Below are positions 44,986 through 53,732 of a DNA stretch of 64,000 nt, in pieces. How positions within the stretch are numbered: the first letter of the stretch is position 1; each line of letters starts with the position of its first letter. This DNA is from Candidatus Gastranaerophilales bacterium (lineage in GTDB: Bacteria > Cyanobacteriota > Vampirovibrionia > Gastranaerophilales > Gastranaerophilaceae), in NCBI GenBank assembly GCA_944324425.1, contig CALUWE010000006.1, forward strand, positions 39,071-103,070, read 5' to 3'. Below the pieces are notes generated by a model, which was not told the origin of the DNA, ran no database searches, and saw only the letters and a list, made by a program, of their open reading frames with translations. The translations under genes were made by a program, and so were the position numbers.

Positions 44986-46338
44986 ATGAGCATTAACAAT
45001 GTTTCTAATGTATCAGATGCACTAAAGTACGTAAGCGGAATGGAAGTTTCGGAAACGGAAAGAAGTATTGTATCAGATGTTAAAGATTCTATTTTCAACC
45101 CGATAACTCTTGCCTTCGGTGCACTGGAAGTTAACTCGTCTTTAAAAAGCAACTTGGATGCAAAAAGCATAAAAGATGTTTTTGAAAAGATAAAAACCGT
45201 AGGCGAAGTTGAAAAAGGCAGCAAAATAGGAACAGCCATAAGAAGCACAAATATCGGCGAACAGTGGACAAACACCGTAAGCAACGTAATAAAAAAAGCA
45301 GACGACAAAATTGCAGAAAAAGCAGCAAAAGCCGCAGCTAAAAGCACGGCAAGCGAAGTTGCGGAAACCGCACTTACCACAACAACAAAAGAAGCTGCGG
45401 AAGGTGCTTCAAAAGGTATATTATCAACAATTAAATCAGGCTTCAGCAAAGTCGGAAGCGCAATATCAAGCGTTGTAAGCAAAATCCCCGGGGTAAGCAA
45501 ACTTAAAGAAGGCTTATCTTGGTTGAGCAAAACTAAAGTCGGCAAAATTGCAAAAGGTACAGGTGCTGTCGGTATGATGGCATTTGAAGGAATTATCGGT
45601 CTTGTAACCGAAGTAATTCCTGCATTTGCACAAGGCGGTTTTGACTCAGGTATGAAACAACTCGGTAAAACCGCAATTAAAACCGCATCAACAGGTATAG
45701 GTTGGGCGGCAGGTACAATGGGCGCAACAGCATTGGGTGCAGCAATCGGTTCAATATTCCCGGGTGTCGGCACGGTTATCGGCGGTGCAATCGGTACATT
45801 TATCGGCGGCATGTTGGGTTCAACCGTATGTAACGGCATTACAAGCAAAATTGTAGGAAAATCTGAAGTTGAAATCCTTCAAGATGAACAATTTGAAGAA
45901 GCAGCAAGCCAAGTGGCAAATGATACAAACGCAATGAATGAATTAAACCAAATGGTTGCAGCACAAGTTCAAGCAGACATTGCAAACGGCACTGTTGATG
46001 AAGACACGGAAAAAATGGCGGCACTTTTAAATTCCGGCGCTTTCACAACAACATCTGCCGCAACTAATCCTTATACGGTAACAAACCTCCAAACAACAAC
46101 ACCTGCAACAAATACAACAACGACAACAACAACTCAAACCAATACAAGTCCCGCAAATTCATCATATTGGACAGAAATGGCCAAAAAGGCAGCAAGCGGC
46201 GACACCAGCATATATAATATTTCGGATGAAAAACTTGATTCGGTATTTTCAAACCCCAATACCAACGGAATCTCAACCGATACATCCTTAAGCAAAGAAG
46301 CAACGAACGAAAACGTTAACTACTTCGCTGTCGGTTAA
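44986..46338 (+). CDS. hypothetical protein: amphipathic K/A/S/T-rich region, glycine-zipper hydrophobic core, Thr-rich tail
   Basis: GWAAGTMGATALGAAIGSIFPGVGTVIGGAIGTFIGGMLGS forms a GxxxG ladder, and the tail reads TTTPATNTTTTTTTQTNT. No signal peptide recognised. Confidence 0.7.
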   Translation: MSINNVSNVSDALKYVSGMEVSETERSIVSDVKDSIFNPITLAFGALEVNSSLKSNLDAKSIKDVFEKIKTVGEVEKGSKIGTAIRSTNIGEQWTNTVSNVIKKADDKIAEKAAKAAAKSTASEVAETALTTTTKEAAEGASKGILSTIKSGFSKVGSAISSVVSKIPGVSKLKEGLSWLSKTKVGKIAKGTGAVGMMAFEGIIGLVTEVIPAFAQGGFDSGMKQLGKTAIKTASTGIGWAAGTMGATALGAAIGSIFPGVGTVIGGAIGTFIGGMLGSTVCNGITSKIVGKSEVEILQDEQFEEAASQVANDTNAMNELNQMVAAQVQADIANGTVDEDTEKMAALLNSGAFTTTSAATNPYTVTNLQTTTPATNTTTTTTTQTNTSPANSSYWTEMAKKAASGDTSIYNISDEKLDSVFSNPNTNGISTDTSLSKEATNENVNYFAVG

Positions 46339-46361
46339 ACAAATATCCGATGAACAACACA

Positions 46362-46394
46362 AAAATAAAGCCTCTTATATAAGAGGCTTTTTTC
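46362..46394. terminator. bidirectional terminator
   Basis: aagcctctt-atat-aagaggctt followed by ttttt, with an A-run upstream. Confidence 0.85.
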
Positions 46395-46618
46395 TATTGC
46401 ATAATGCTTGACAAAGCAACAAGGTTCTCATAAGGAACTCCTGCTTCCGATAACTCCTCTGCCGATAAACCGAACAAGGTAATTAAACTTGATACGGTAT
46501 TTTGTTCTTTTATGATAGACCTTTTTATGATATCAGACACCTTTGATACGGCAGATTCTCTTGTCATATAAAGGTTTGAATTGGTCTTATGTAATATACG
46601 TTTTTTAGCCTTACCCAT
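46394..46618 (-). CDS. small hypothetical protein (74 aa)
   Basis: Intact ORF with a terminator directly downstream. No family recognised. Confidence 0.45.
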   Translation of the reverse strand: MGKAKKRILHKTNSNLYMTRESAVSKVSDIIKRSIIKEQNTVSSLITLFGLSAEELSEAGVPYENLVALSSIMQ

Positions 46619-46841
46619 TTCAAAATAAAGTATCTTTTAAAATCGTTTTTCTGTAAATGGTTTATATCCGTTTGTAAAAAATAGTTTTACCACTTGACTA
46701 ATCATTTTTGTTATCACAAATACCATGACTTTGACTTGTTTGGAATTTGTAAAGGGGATGTAAAATTTTATATAGCAAATTAACAATTTTTTATTTGTTT
46801 TAGCCTTTATTATAGTGTGAAGGTATATTTTTAGGCTTTTT

Positions 46842-47489
46842 ATGGAACTGAACTTACAAACTTCAAAAGTTTATGATAATCAACAACCTCAAAAAATTGA
46901 GGAAAAAAAGCCTGAAAAAAGAGTAAAAGAAAAAAAAGATATTTATAACGAAACACCGATAAGAAAATTGGGTTTCTTAGATGAAGTGGGAGAAGCCTTC
47001 AGGCCAATATTACAAACATCAAAAAACCCGATTGTAAGAGGGCTTCCAAATTATGCTTATATACCCTCAACCCTTTATATGGCAGCAGATGTTTATGATA
47101 AATACAAAAAAGGTTTAGACGGAACGGGCGAAAAACCAAGCGTTAAAATGGGTTTAAGACAAGCAGCTTATCAAGGTATTGTAAGTGTGGCAGCACCTAT
47201 TGCAATAATCAGAGGAACAAGCAAGGTTGCCCAAAAAATTGCAAGCAAACTGCCAAAACCCCCAAAAGAAGTAGGCGGCATCATTTCGAACGCTATGAAC
47301 GGCCTTAAAAACAATAAATATACAAAAAATATTATGACAAAAGCGGGAATGCCGGGGAAAATTATAGGTGCCATAGCTTCAATTTTTGTCTTATCAAAAT
47401 TATCAAAGCCTGTTGATAAAATTGTTTCAACCGTTTTTGAAAAAACAATTGACCCGATGATTGGCGTGAATAAAAATGAAAATAAATAA
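46842..47489 (+). CDS. membrane protein resembling the MTP18/MTFP1 (mitochondrial fission process protein 1) family
   Basis: IRKLGFLDEVGEAFRP, LYMAADVYDKYKKG and AYQGIVSVAAPIAIIRG are co-linear with the MTFP1 motifs RYLGYANEVGEAFRS, YVLADAIDKGKKAG and VWQALASVAIPGFTINR as I recall them. Confidence 0.55.
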   Translation: MELNLQTSKVYDNQQPQKIEEKKPEKRVKEKKDIYNETPIRKLGFLDEVGEAFRPILQTSKNPIVRGLPNYAYIPSTLYMAADVYDKYKKGLDGTGEKPSVKMGLRQAAYQGIVSVAAPIAIIRGTSKVAQKIASKLPKPPKEVGGIISNAMNGLKNNKYTKNIMTKAGMPGKIIGAIASIFVLSKLSKPVDKIVSTVFEKTIDPMIGVNKNENK

Positions 47490-47609
47490 AATTTGCTTTA
47501 TTAAATTTTATTAAGAGAGAAACTAAGCCAAAATTAAAGCATGTTTGACTTTAAAGTTTGTTTGTTGTCAAATGGTTAATGCTATTTACTAATAAAAAAG
47601 GAAAAAATA

Positions 47610-47996
47610 ATGCCAACTATAAACCAATTAGTTAAAAATGAAAGAAAAAGAATTTTAGATAAAACTAAATCTCCGGCTCTTACAAACTGCCCCCAAAGAA
47701 GAGGCGTTTGCACAAGAGTTTATACAACAACCCCTAAAAAACCTAACTCAGCTTTAAGAAAAGTTGCAAGGGTCAGATTAACAAACGGGTTTGAAGTAAC
47801 ATCATACATCCCCGGCATCGGCCATAACTTACAAGAACACTCTGTTGTTATGATTAGAGGCGGCAGGGTTAAAGACCTTCCCGGTGTCAGATACCACATT
47901 ATAAGAGGTACATTGGATACTGCTGGTGTTCAAAACAGAACACAATCAAGATCAAAATACGGCGCTAAAAAAGGCAAAGCAGCCGCTAAGAAATAA
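47610..47996 (+). CDS. rpsL: 30S ribosomal protein S12
   Basis: MPTINQLVK and [29 protein letters not shown]. Confidence 0.98.
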   Translation: MPTINQLVKNERKRILDKTKSPALTNCPQRRGVCTRVYTTTPKKPNSALRKVARVRLTNGFEVTSYIPGIGHNLQEHSVVMIRGGRVKDLPGVRYHIIRGTLDTAGVQNRTQSRSKYGAKKGKAAAKK

Positions 47997-48074
47997 AAAT
48001 TAATCAGAGTTGCAATAAATTCGTGCTGAAAAAATTACAACGATAAAGATTAGATAAGAAAGGCAAACAAACAA

Positions 48075-48545
48075 ATGTCAAGACGTTCAAAACCGGCAAA
48101 AAGAATTCCCGCACCGGATCCTATATACAATAGCATTGATATTGCAAAATTTATCAACCGCCTTATGACAAGAGGCAAAAAATCAATCGCACAAAAAATC
48201 TTCTATTCTTCAATGGATAGAATTCAAGAAAAAACAAAAGAAAACCCGATTGATGTATTCAAAAAAGCATTAACGAATGCAACCCCTTTAATTGAAGTTA
48301 AAGCAAGAAGAATCGGCGGTTCAACATATCAAGTTCCCGTTGAAGTTAAACCCGACAGAGGCCAAGCTTTAGGTTCTTGCTGGTTAATTGAATCCGCAAG
48401 AAAAAGAAGCGGCAAATCAATGATTGAAAAATTAACAGCTGAAATTCTTGACGCTTCAAACGGCCAAGGTTCATCATGCAAAAAACGTGAAGACACCCAC
48501 AAAATGGCTGAAGCAAACAAAGCATTTGCTCATTACAGATACTAA
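48075..48545 (+). CDS. rpsG: 30S ribosomal protein S7
   Basis: MSRRSKPAKR..APDP.Y and the C-terminal HKMAEANKAFAHYRY. Confidence 0.98.
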   Translation: MSRRSKPAKRIPAPDPIYNSIDIAKFINRLMTRGKKSIAQKIFYSSMDRIQEKTKENPIDVFKKALTNATPLIEVKARRIGGSTYQVPVEVKPDRGQALGSCWLIESARKRSGKSMIEKLTAEILDASNGQGSSCKKREDTHKMAEANKAFAHYRY

Positions 48546-48558
48546 TTTTTTAATTCAT

Positions 48559-48595
48559 AAAAAAATACCTGCTAAGGTTAGCAGGTATTTTTTTT
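48559..48595. terminator. strong terminator immediately after rpsG
   Basis: aaaaaa-atacctgc-taaggtta-gcaggtat-ttttttt. The stop codon of the convergent GT2 gene lies inside the T tract. Confidence 0.85.
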
Positions 48596-49613
48596 ATTCA
48601 ATTACGGCATTTTTATATTTTTGATAAAAAACCTCTTCATCAAGTGTTAAAAAATCCCCGTAAATATTATTATCTCTCAACTGTGAAACAATTTCAGGCT
48701 TAATTGATGAATCAAAAGAATTCTTTAAGTCAATTTTTGCACTTACAAAAAACTTAGCTCTGTCATTTTTATTGGCCTGAAAATATAAAAAGGCGTATTG
48801 CCTGTATTTATGCTGCAAAAACGCATATTTATAATCTTCATACACTCCCGCCTCTTTAAGTTTATTCTCAATATTTCTGTTAACATCAAAAATTTCAAAT
48901 ATGTACGAATTATAGTTTTTAGTTAATGAATTATGACTGATTTTTCTGTAAGTATACAATCTTTCATTTGTCAAAAGTATTGATTTTGCACACAATAAGG
49001 CATAAAAAGCAAATTGAAAATCTTCAAAACATCTTCTGTCAGGAAAATATAAATTATTATCGACAAAAAAACTTCTTTTAAAAATCTTATTACAAGCGGA
49101 CAAATTTCCCGAAAAAGGTCTTTTGCAGTCGTCAAAAGTATGGATTGTGCTTTCATCTTTCCTGTTTTGCCAATCTCTTATACTGAAAGAACACCCCAAA
49201 CCGATATTTTCCAAATCCTTTTTTTCATAATAAAAAGCCAAGTTAAAACAAAAAATATCAGGGCTGACTTTTGCTTTATTTATGGCATTAACAAACTTTT
49301 GATACAAGGAAAGCGAGACATAATCATCCGAATCAATAAATGAAATATATTCACCTTTGGATAGTGCAATTCCTTTATTTCTTGTTTTTGAAACACCTTC
49401 ATTTTTTTGGGTCAAAACCTTAATTCTATTATCTTTTTTTTCATACTCTCTCAAAATTTTAAGAGAATTATCCTTTGAACCGTCATCAATTAAAATTATT
49501 TCCAAATTTGAATATGTTTGCAAAATTAATGAATCCAAACAACGCGCAACATATTTTTGAACATTGTAAACAGGAACAATAACGGAAATAAGGGGTTCTT
49601 GTCTAATTTCCAC
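48594..49613 (-). CDS. family 2 glycosyltransferase
   Basis: ISVIVPVYNVQKYVARCLDSLILQTYSNLEIILIDDGSKDNS and an IDSDD motif. Confidence 0.9.
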   Translation of the reverse strand: MEIRQEPLISVIVPVYNVQKYVARCLDSLILQTYSNLEIILIDDGSKDNSLKILREYEKKDNRIKVLTQKNEGVSKTRNKGIALSKGEYISFIDSDDYVSLSLYQKFVNAINKAKVSPDIFCFNLAFYYEKKDLENIGLGCSFSIRDWQNRKDESTIHTFDDCKRPFSGNLSACNKIFKRSFFVDNNLYFPDRRCFEDFQFAFYALLCAKSILLTNERLYTYRKISHNSLTKNYNSYIFEIFDVNRNIENKLKEAGVYEDYKYAFLQHKYRQYAFLYFQANKNDRAKFFVSAKIDLKNSFDSSIKPEIVSQLRDNNIYGDFLTLDEEVFYQKYKNAVIE

Positions 49614-50616
49614 GACAGCCCCCCTGTTTCATTTCTTTTTCATACTTTAAATAGTTTTCAAAATCCAGTTTAACTGCCCCATAAAGGAAATGAAAAACTT
49701 CCTTTGAATTTAAAAAATCATCATTAAAATTTTCAAGCTCTAAATTAGTAAACTCTTCTTTGTATTTTTTGAACATTTCTTCTTTTGTTTCATTCACTGA
49801 TTTAACCAGCCAAAGAGAGCAATCTCTTATTTTTTTGTACAAAAATTCATTCTTATATTTTTCAAACACGCCGTATTTTTTAAAAATTTCTTCAACCGAA
49901 TCATAAATCTTAAATACGTCCAAATATTTATCTTGCCTTGAATTTATAATTGAATCGCCTCTTGAAGTCCTGTAAAAATAGGTTTTTCTAAAATCAAAAG
50001 ATATTTTGTTTGCCTTCAAATAGCATTCCGTATAATGCGGTAAATCTTCAAAAATTAGCCCTTCTGGAAATTTTATATCTTCTACAAATTTTCTTTTATA
50101 CATTTTGCCCCAAGCGCAAACATTTATTTTTCCCCAAAAGAAAGACGGCACATCCTTTTCCTTAAAATATCTTTGGTTTGGATTTTTTAAAAAATTTTTC
50201 AATTCACCTTCTTTTATATAATCCCAAAGCGAAATAAAATCAGTTAAAGGGTTTATTTTAATTGATTCTCCAAAAACAAAATCCGCCCCCGTTTCTTCAA
50301 GGTTTTTATAAAAAATCTCGAGCATAACAGGTGAAATATAATCATCGGAATCAACAAAGGTGATGTATTTTCCTTTGCTTAAATAAACTCCGTAATTTCT
50401 TGCTTCTGATAACCCCTTGTTTTCCGTTGAAAAAACTTTAATTCTTTTATCGAACTTGGAATACCTCTCCAAAATATCAAGTGATGCATCATTTGAACCA
50501 TCATTTATACAAATGGCTTCAAAATCCTTAAAAGACTGGTTTATAAGACTGTCCAAACAAATGTCTATATAACTTTCTGTATTATAAACAGGTATTATCA
50601 CAGAAATTTTTGGCAT
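49603..50616 (-). CDS. family 2 glycosyltransferase (tandem paralogue)
   Basis: ISVIIPVYNTESYIDICLDSLINQSFKDFEAICINDGSNDAS and a VDSDD motif. It overlaps the downstream GT2 gene by 11 nt. Confidence 0.9.
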   Translation of the reverse strand: MPKISVIIPVYNTESYIDICLDSLINQSFKDFEAICINDGSNDASLDILERYSKFDKRIKVFSTENKGLSEARNYGVYLSKGKYITFVDSDDYISPVMLEIFYKNLEETGADFVFGESIKINPLTDFISLWDYIKEGELKNFLKNPNQRYFKEKDVPSFFWGKINVCAWGKMYKRKFVEDIKFPEGLIFEDLPHYTECYLKANKISFDFRKTYFYRTSRGDSIINSRQDKYLDVFKIYDSVEEIFKKYGVFEKYKNEFLYKKIRDCSLWLVKSVNETKEEMFKKYKEEFTNLELENFNDDFLNSKEVFHFLYGAVKLDFENYLKYEKEMKQGGCRGN

Positions 50617-50635
50617 ATTTATATTCTAGTCTTTA

Positions 50636-50661
50636 TTTTTGTCCGTTTCATCGGACAAAAA
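50636..50661. promoter_or_regulatory. perfect 10-bp inverted repeat TTTTTGTCCG-tttcat-CGGACAAAAA in a divergent intergenic region
   Basis: Read directly from the sequence. It lies 20 nt upstream of the GT2 start codon and about 120 nt upstream of the autotransporter gene. Confidence 0.4.
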
Positions 50662-50780
50662 ATGTATCAATTCTTTCTTAATTCAACTTAACAAATGGCA
50701 ACAATTAAGTTAAGTTTTTCAAACAAGCAGCCGTAATTATTTAACGGATAGAATAGTATTTTAGTGAATGGTTTACAAGT

Positions 50781-53732
50781 ATGAATAAGGTAGCAAAAAC
50801 ACTGCCTTTAATTATTTCTTTCGGCTGTTTTAACGTATTGCCGGCCGTTGCCGAAATAAACAAGGCATACAATCTTATTGAAGCGGAAAACAAAACGGAT
50901 GACACAATTACAAAGTACACCTACAATTGGGAAACAAACACTTTTGACCCAAAATATTACAATTTGGAGATAAATCCGACAGAATACGGGAATATTAATT
51001 CGTATGATGACATAAAATATTATACTTATGATTCATATGGCAAAATCACGGAAGGTAATAAAGAAAATGCTGTTTTTAAATATTATGTTGACAGCACGAG
51101 GCTTGCAGACTCTCAAATATATATAGATGAAAACAGCCTTATAAAAAATATTGATAAAGATTTCACAGGCTTTACAACAACTGCAATAGATTTTAGTAGC
51201 TTATATTTAGACAGCCTTGACAGTGTAACCGGAAATTTTTACAACAACACAACAACAAACGGCGAAGCAATCCTGAGCGACAGAGGCAGAATTACAAGCA
51301 TTTCAGGCAATTTTATAAACAATAGAAATAACTCAGGCTCAGGCGGCGCCCTGAAAGCATACGGTGCAGATTATATTGAAGGAACCTTTATTGGCAACAG
51401 TGCTTATCTGAGCGGGGGCGCTATATATGCAAATAATGCTTTTTTAAATACAATTGAAGCAAACTTTATTTCAAATAAAGCAGGTTACAATGGCGGTGCC
51501 ATATACAAAAAAGCGAATATGACAAGCATAAAAGGTGATTTCATAGGTAACTCCGCAGCGGTTTCGGGCGGGGCAATTTACAACATACCCTATGGAACCA
51601 GTCTCGAAAGGCTCGAGGGAGATTTCATAAAAAATACAGCGGGGACTTCAGGCGGAGCAATTTACAGTTCAGACCAAATACACAACATAAAAGGTGATTT
51701 TATAAGCAATTCTGCTGACGGCATAATGGACACAAAAGGCGGAGCTGTTTATCAAGCAGAAAATTCGGGCTATGGAATGTATTTTGTAAATTCATCATTC
51801 ATTGAAAACTATGCAAAAAGCTTAAATGGCGAAGCAAAAGGCGGCGCTATATATGCCCATGGCAAAGTAAATATTACTGCTCAAGATGGTCATACTTCAT
51901 TAATTAAAGGAAACTACACGGAATCAGGCGGCATAAAAGATGATAATGCAATATATATGGCTTTTGGCAAAAATATGGAATTACAAGATACAACATATTC
52001 AAACGATGGCAATACACAATATGCTACTTATGCTGCCGAACATCCAAGCTTAAATCTAAATGCTATTGACGGCGGCAATATTGTCATTGAAGATAAAATC
52101 AATGGCAACAAAGGCGGCGATATCATCACAATAACTTATGAATATGAAAACGGTAAATGGGTGGAAAAATCACAAACAAGCGTGAAAGACACGGGGTACA
52201 GTATTAACGTAAACGGCGATAAAACAGGTGCTGTTGTTTTTAACAACAGAGTTGATGGCGGTGCCGATATGAAATTGAGTGATACAAATCTTGTTTTAGG
52301 CAAAAACGATACCGTTTTATCAGGAAACGACATGACATTTACTTCCGGCAACTTTGTTATGACAAATAATTCCGTCGGAAATACAAATTTTAACAATTTC
52401 ACATTAACCGGAACTACAACAACATCAGCCGATGTTGACCTTTATAATGCCAAAATGGACAGAATTACCGCACAAAATTACAACATTATGGGTGATAGTT
52501 TTCTTGAAGTAAACGGATTAAACCTGCTAAATGATGCCAAAGAAGATAAAACGGTTATTTTATATGCTGACAAAGAGCTTGCAAACAATGTAAAATACAC
52601 AGGCGCAAACCCTGTTGCATATTCTCCTTTGTGGAAATATGACGTATCATATGCAACCCATGACGACGATTTGGGCTATTTTACATTTTCAAGAGGCTCA
52701 GACACAAACAACTATGAAAACTTTAACCCAAGCGCCCTTCCTGCAGTAATTTCAACAAACGCAGGCGGCTATACAACACAAATGCAAGTGTTTGAATATG
52801 CATTTAAACATTCAGACGCCTTTATGGCACTTCCTGCATTTGAAAGAATGGCAGTCATAAACGGCGACAAATATGCTTTGGCAAATTCCTCAGATACAAC
52901 CGATGTAGGGTATTTTTCACCCCTTATGACACAATATGACACAAGAGGAATTTGGTTAAAACCGTATTCTTCATTTGAAAATATTCCTTTAAAAAACGGC
53001 CCTAAAGTTTCTAACATAAGTTACGGTACTTTAGTTGGTTATGATACAAACTTAAAGCGTTTCAGAAACGGTTTTTCGGGCGTATTGACCGGATATTTGG
53101 GGTATAACGGCGCAAGCCAAAGATATTCAGGCATTGACACATATCAAAATGGCGGCCTTGTTGGCTTAACCGGTACTTTATATAAAGGTAACTTCTTCAA
53201 CGCAACAACAATATCGGCAGGCGCAACGGTCGGTTCATCAGACACAATGTATGGTCATGAAGATTACACAATGTTTATGTCCGGTATCGGTAACAAATTC
53301 GGTTATGACTTTGAATTTAAAGACGGCAAATTTATTTTCCAGCCTTCATTATTCTTAGCATATACATTTGTTAACACCTTTGACTATACAAACGCAGCAG
53401 GTTTAAAAATAGAGTCAGACCCATTGCATGCCATTCAAATTGCACCCGGTGTTAAATTCTTTATGAATACAAAAAACGGCTGGCAGCCTTATTTAAGAGC
53501 AGATATGGTTTGGAATCTGCTTGATAAAAATAAAGTAACCGCAGGTGATGTAAGACTTCCTGAAATGAGCATAAAGCCTTATGTTCAATATGGTGTCGGC
53601 GTTCAAAAAACATTCAAAAATGATACATTAACTTTCTTTGGCCAAACATTAATTCAAAATGGCGGCAGAAACGGCGTTTCACTGAATGCAGGCTTAAGAT
53701 GGGCAATCGGTAAAATAAAAAACAGAAGCTAA
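50781..53732 (+). CDS. Pmp-repeat (polymorphic outer membrane protein-type) autotransporter
   Basis: Signal peptide MNKVAKTLPLIISFGCFNVLPAVA. Seven consecutive FxxN...GGA(I/L/V) pairs between about nt 51231 and 51861. The C-terminal ~280 aa are rich in alternating aromatic beta-strand patterns, ending ...GVSLNAGLRW-AIGKIKNRS. Confidence 0.8.
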   Translation: MNKVAKTLPLIISFGCFNVLPAVAEINKAYNLIEAENKTDDTITKYTYNWETNTFDPKYYNLEINPTEYGNINSYDDIKYYTYDSYGKITEGNKENAVFKYYVDSTRLADSQIYIDENSLIKNIDKDFTGFTTTAIDFSSLYLDSLDSVTGNFYNNTTTNGEAILSDRGRITSISGNFINNRNNSGSGGALKAYGADYIEGTFIGNSAYLSGGAIYANNAFLNTIEANFISNKAGYNGGAIYKKANMTSIKGDFIGNSAAVSGGAIYNIPYGTSLERLEGDFIKNTAGTSGGAIYSSDQIHNIKGDFISNSADGIMDTKGGAVYQAENSGYGMYFVNSSFIENYAKSLNGEAKGGAIYAHGKVNITAQDGHTSLIKGNYTESGGIKDDNAIYMAFGKNMELQDTTYSNDGNTQYATYAAEHPSLNLNAIDGGNIVIEDKINGNKGGDIITITYEYENGKWVEKSQTSVKDTGYSINVNGDKTGAVVFNNRVDGGADMKLSDTNLVLGKNDTVLSGNDMTFTSGNFVMTNNSVGNTNFNNFTLTGTTTTSADVDLYNAKMDRITAQNYNIMGDSFLEVNGLNLLNDAKEDKTVILYADKELANNVKYTGANPVAYSPLWKYDVSYATHDDDLGYFTFSRGSDTNNYENFNPSALPAVISTNAGGYTTQMQVFEYAFKHSDAFMALPAFERMAVINGDKYALANSSDTTDVGYFSPLMTQYDTRGIWLKPYSSFENIPLKNGPKVSNISYGTLVGYDTNLKRFRNGFSGVLTGYLGYNGASQRYSGIDTYQNGGLVGLTGTLYKGNFFNATTISAGATVGSSDTMYGHEDYTMFMSGIGNKFGYDFEFKDGKFIFQPSLFLAYTFVNTFDYTNAAGLKIESDPLHAIQIAPGVKFFMNTKNGWQPYLRADMVWNLLDKNKVTAGDVRLPEMSIKPYVQYGVGVQKTFKNDTLTFFGQTLIQNGGRNGVSLNAGLRWAIGKIKNRS

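Noticed and set aside
44877-45848. A 323-codon ORF on the minus strand, antisense to the glycine-zipper protein gene
   Set aside because: Its Pro/Ala/Ile/Leu-rich, low-complexity translation is what the reverse complement of Gly/Ala/Thr codons produces. It has no SD or promoter and overlaps mrnC's upstream region. The plus-strand ORF has the terminator and a coherent domain layout.
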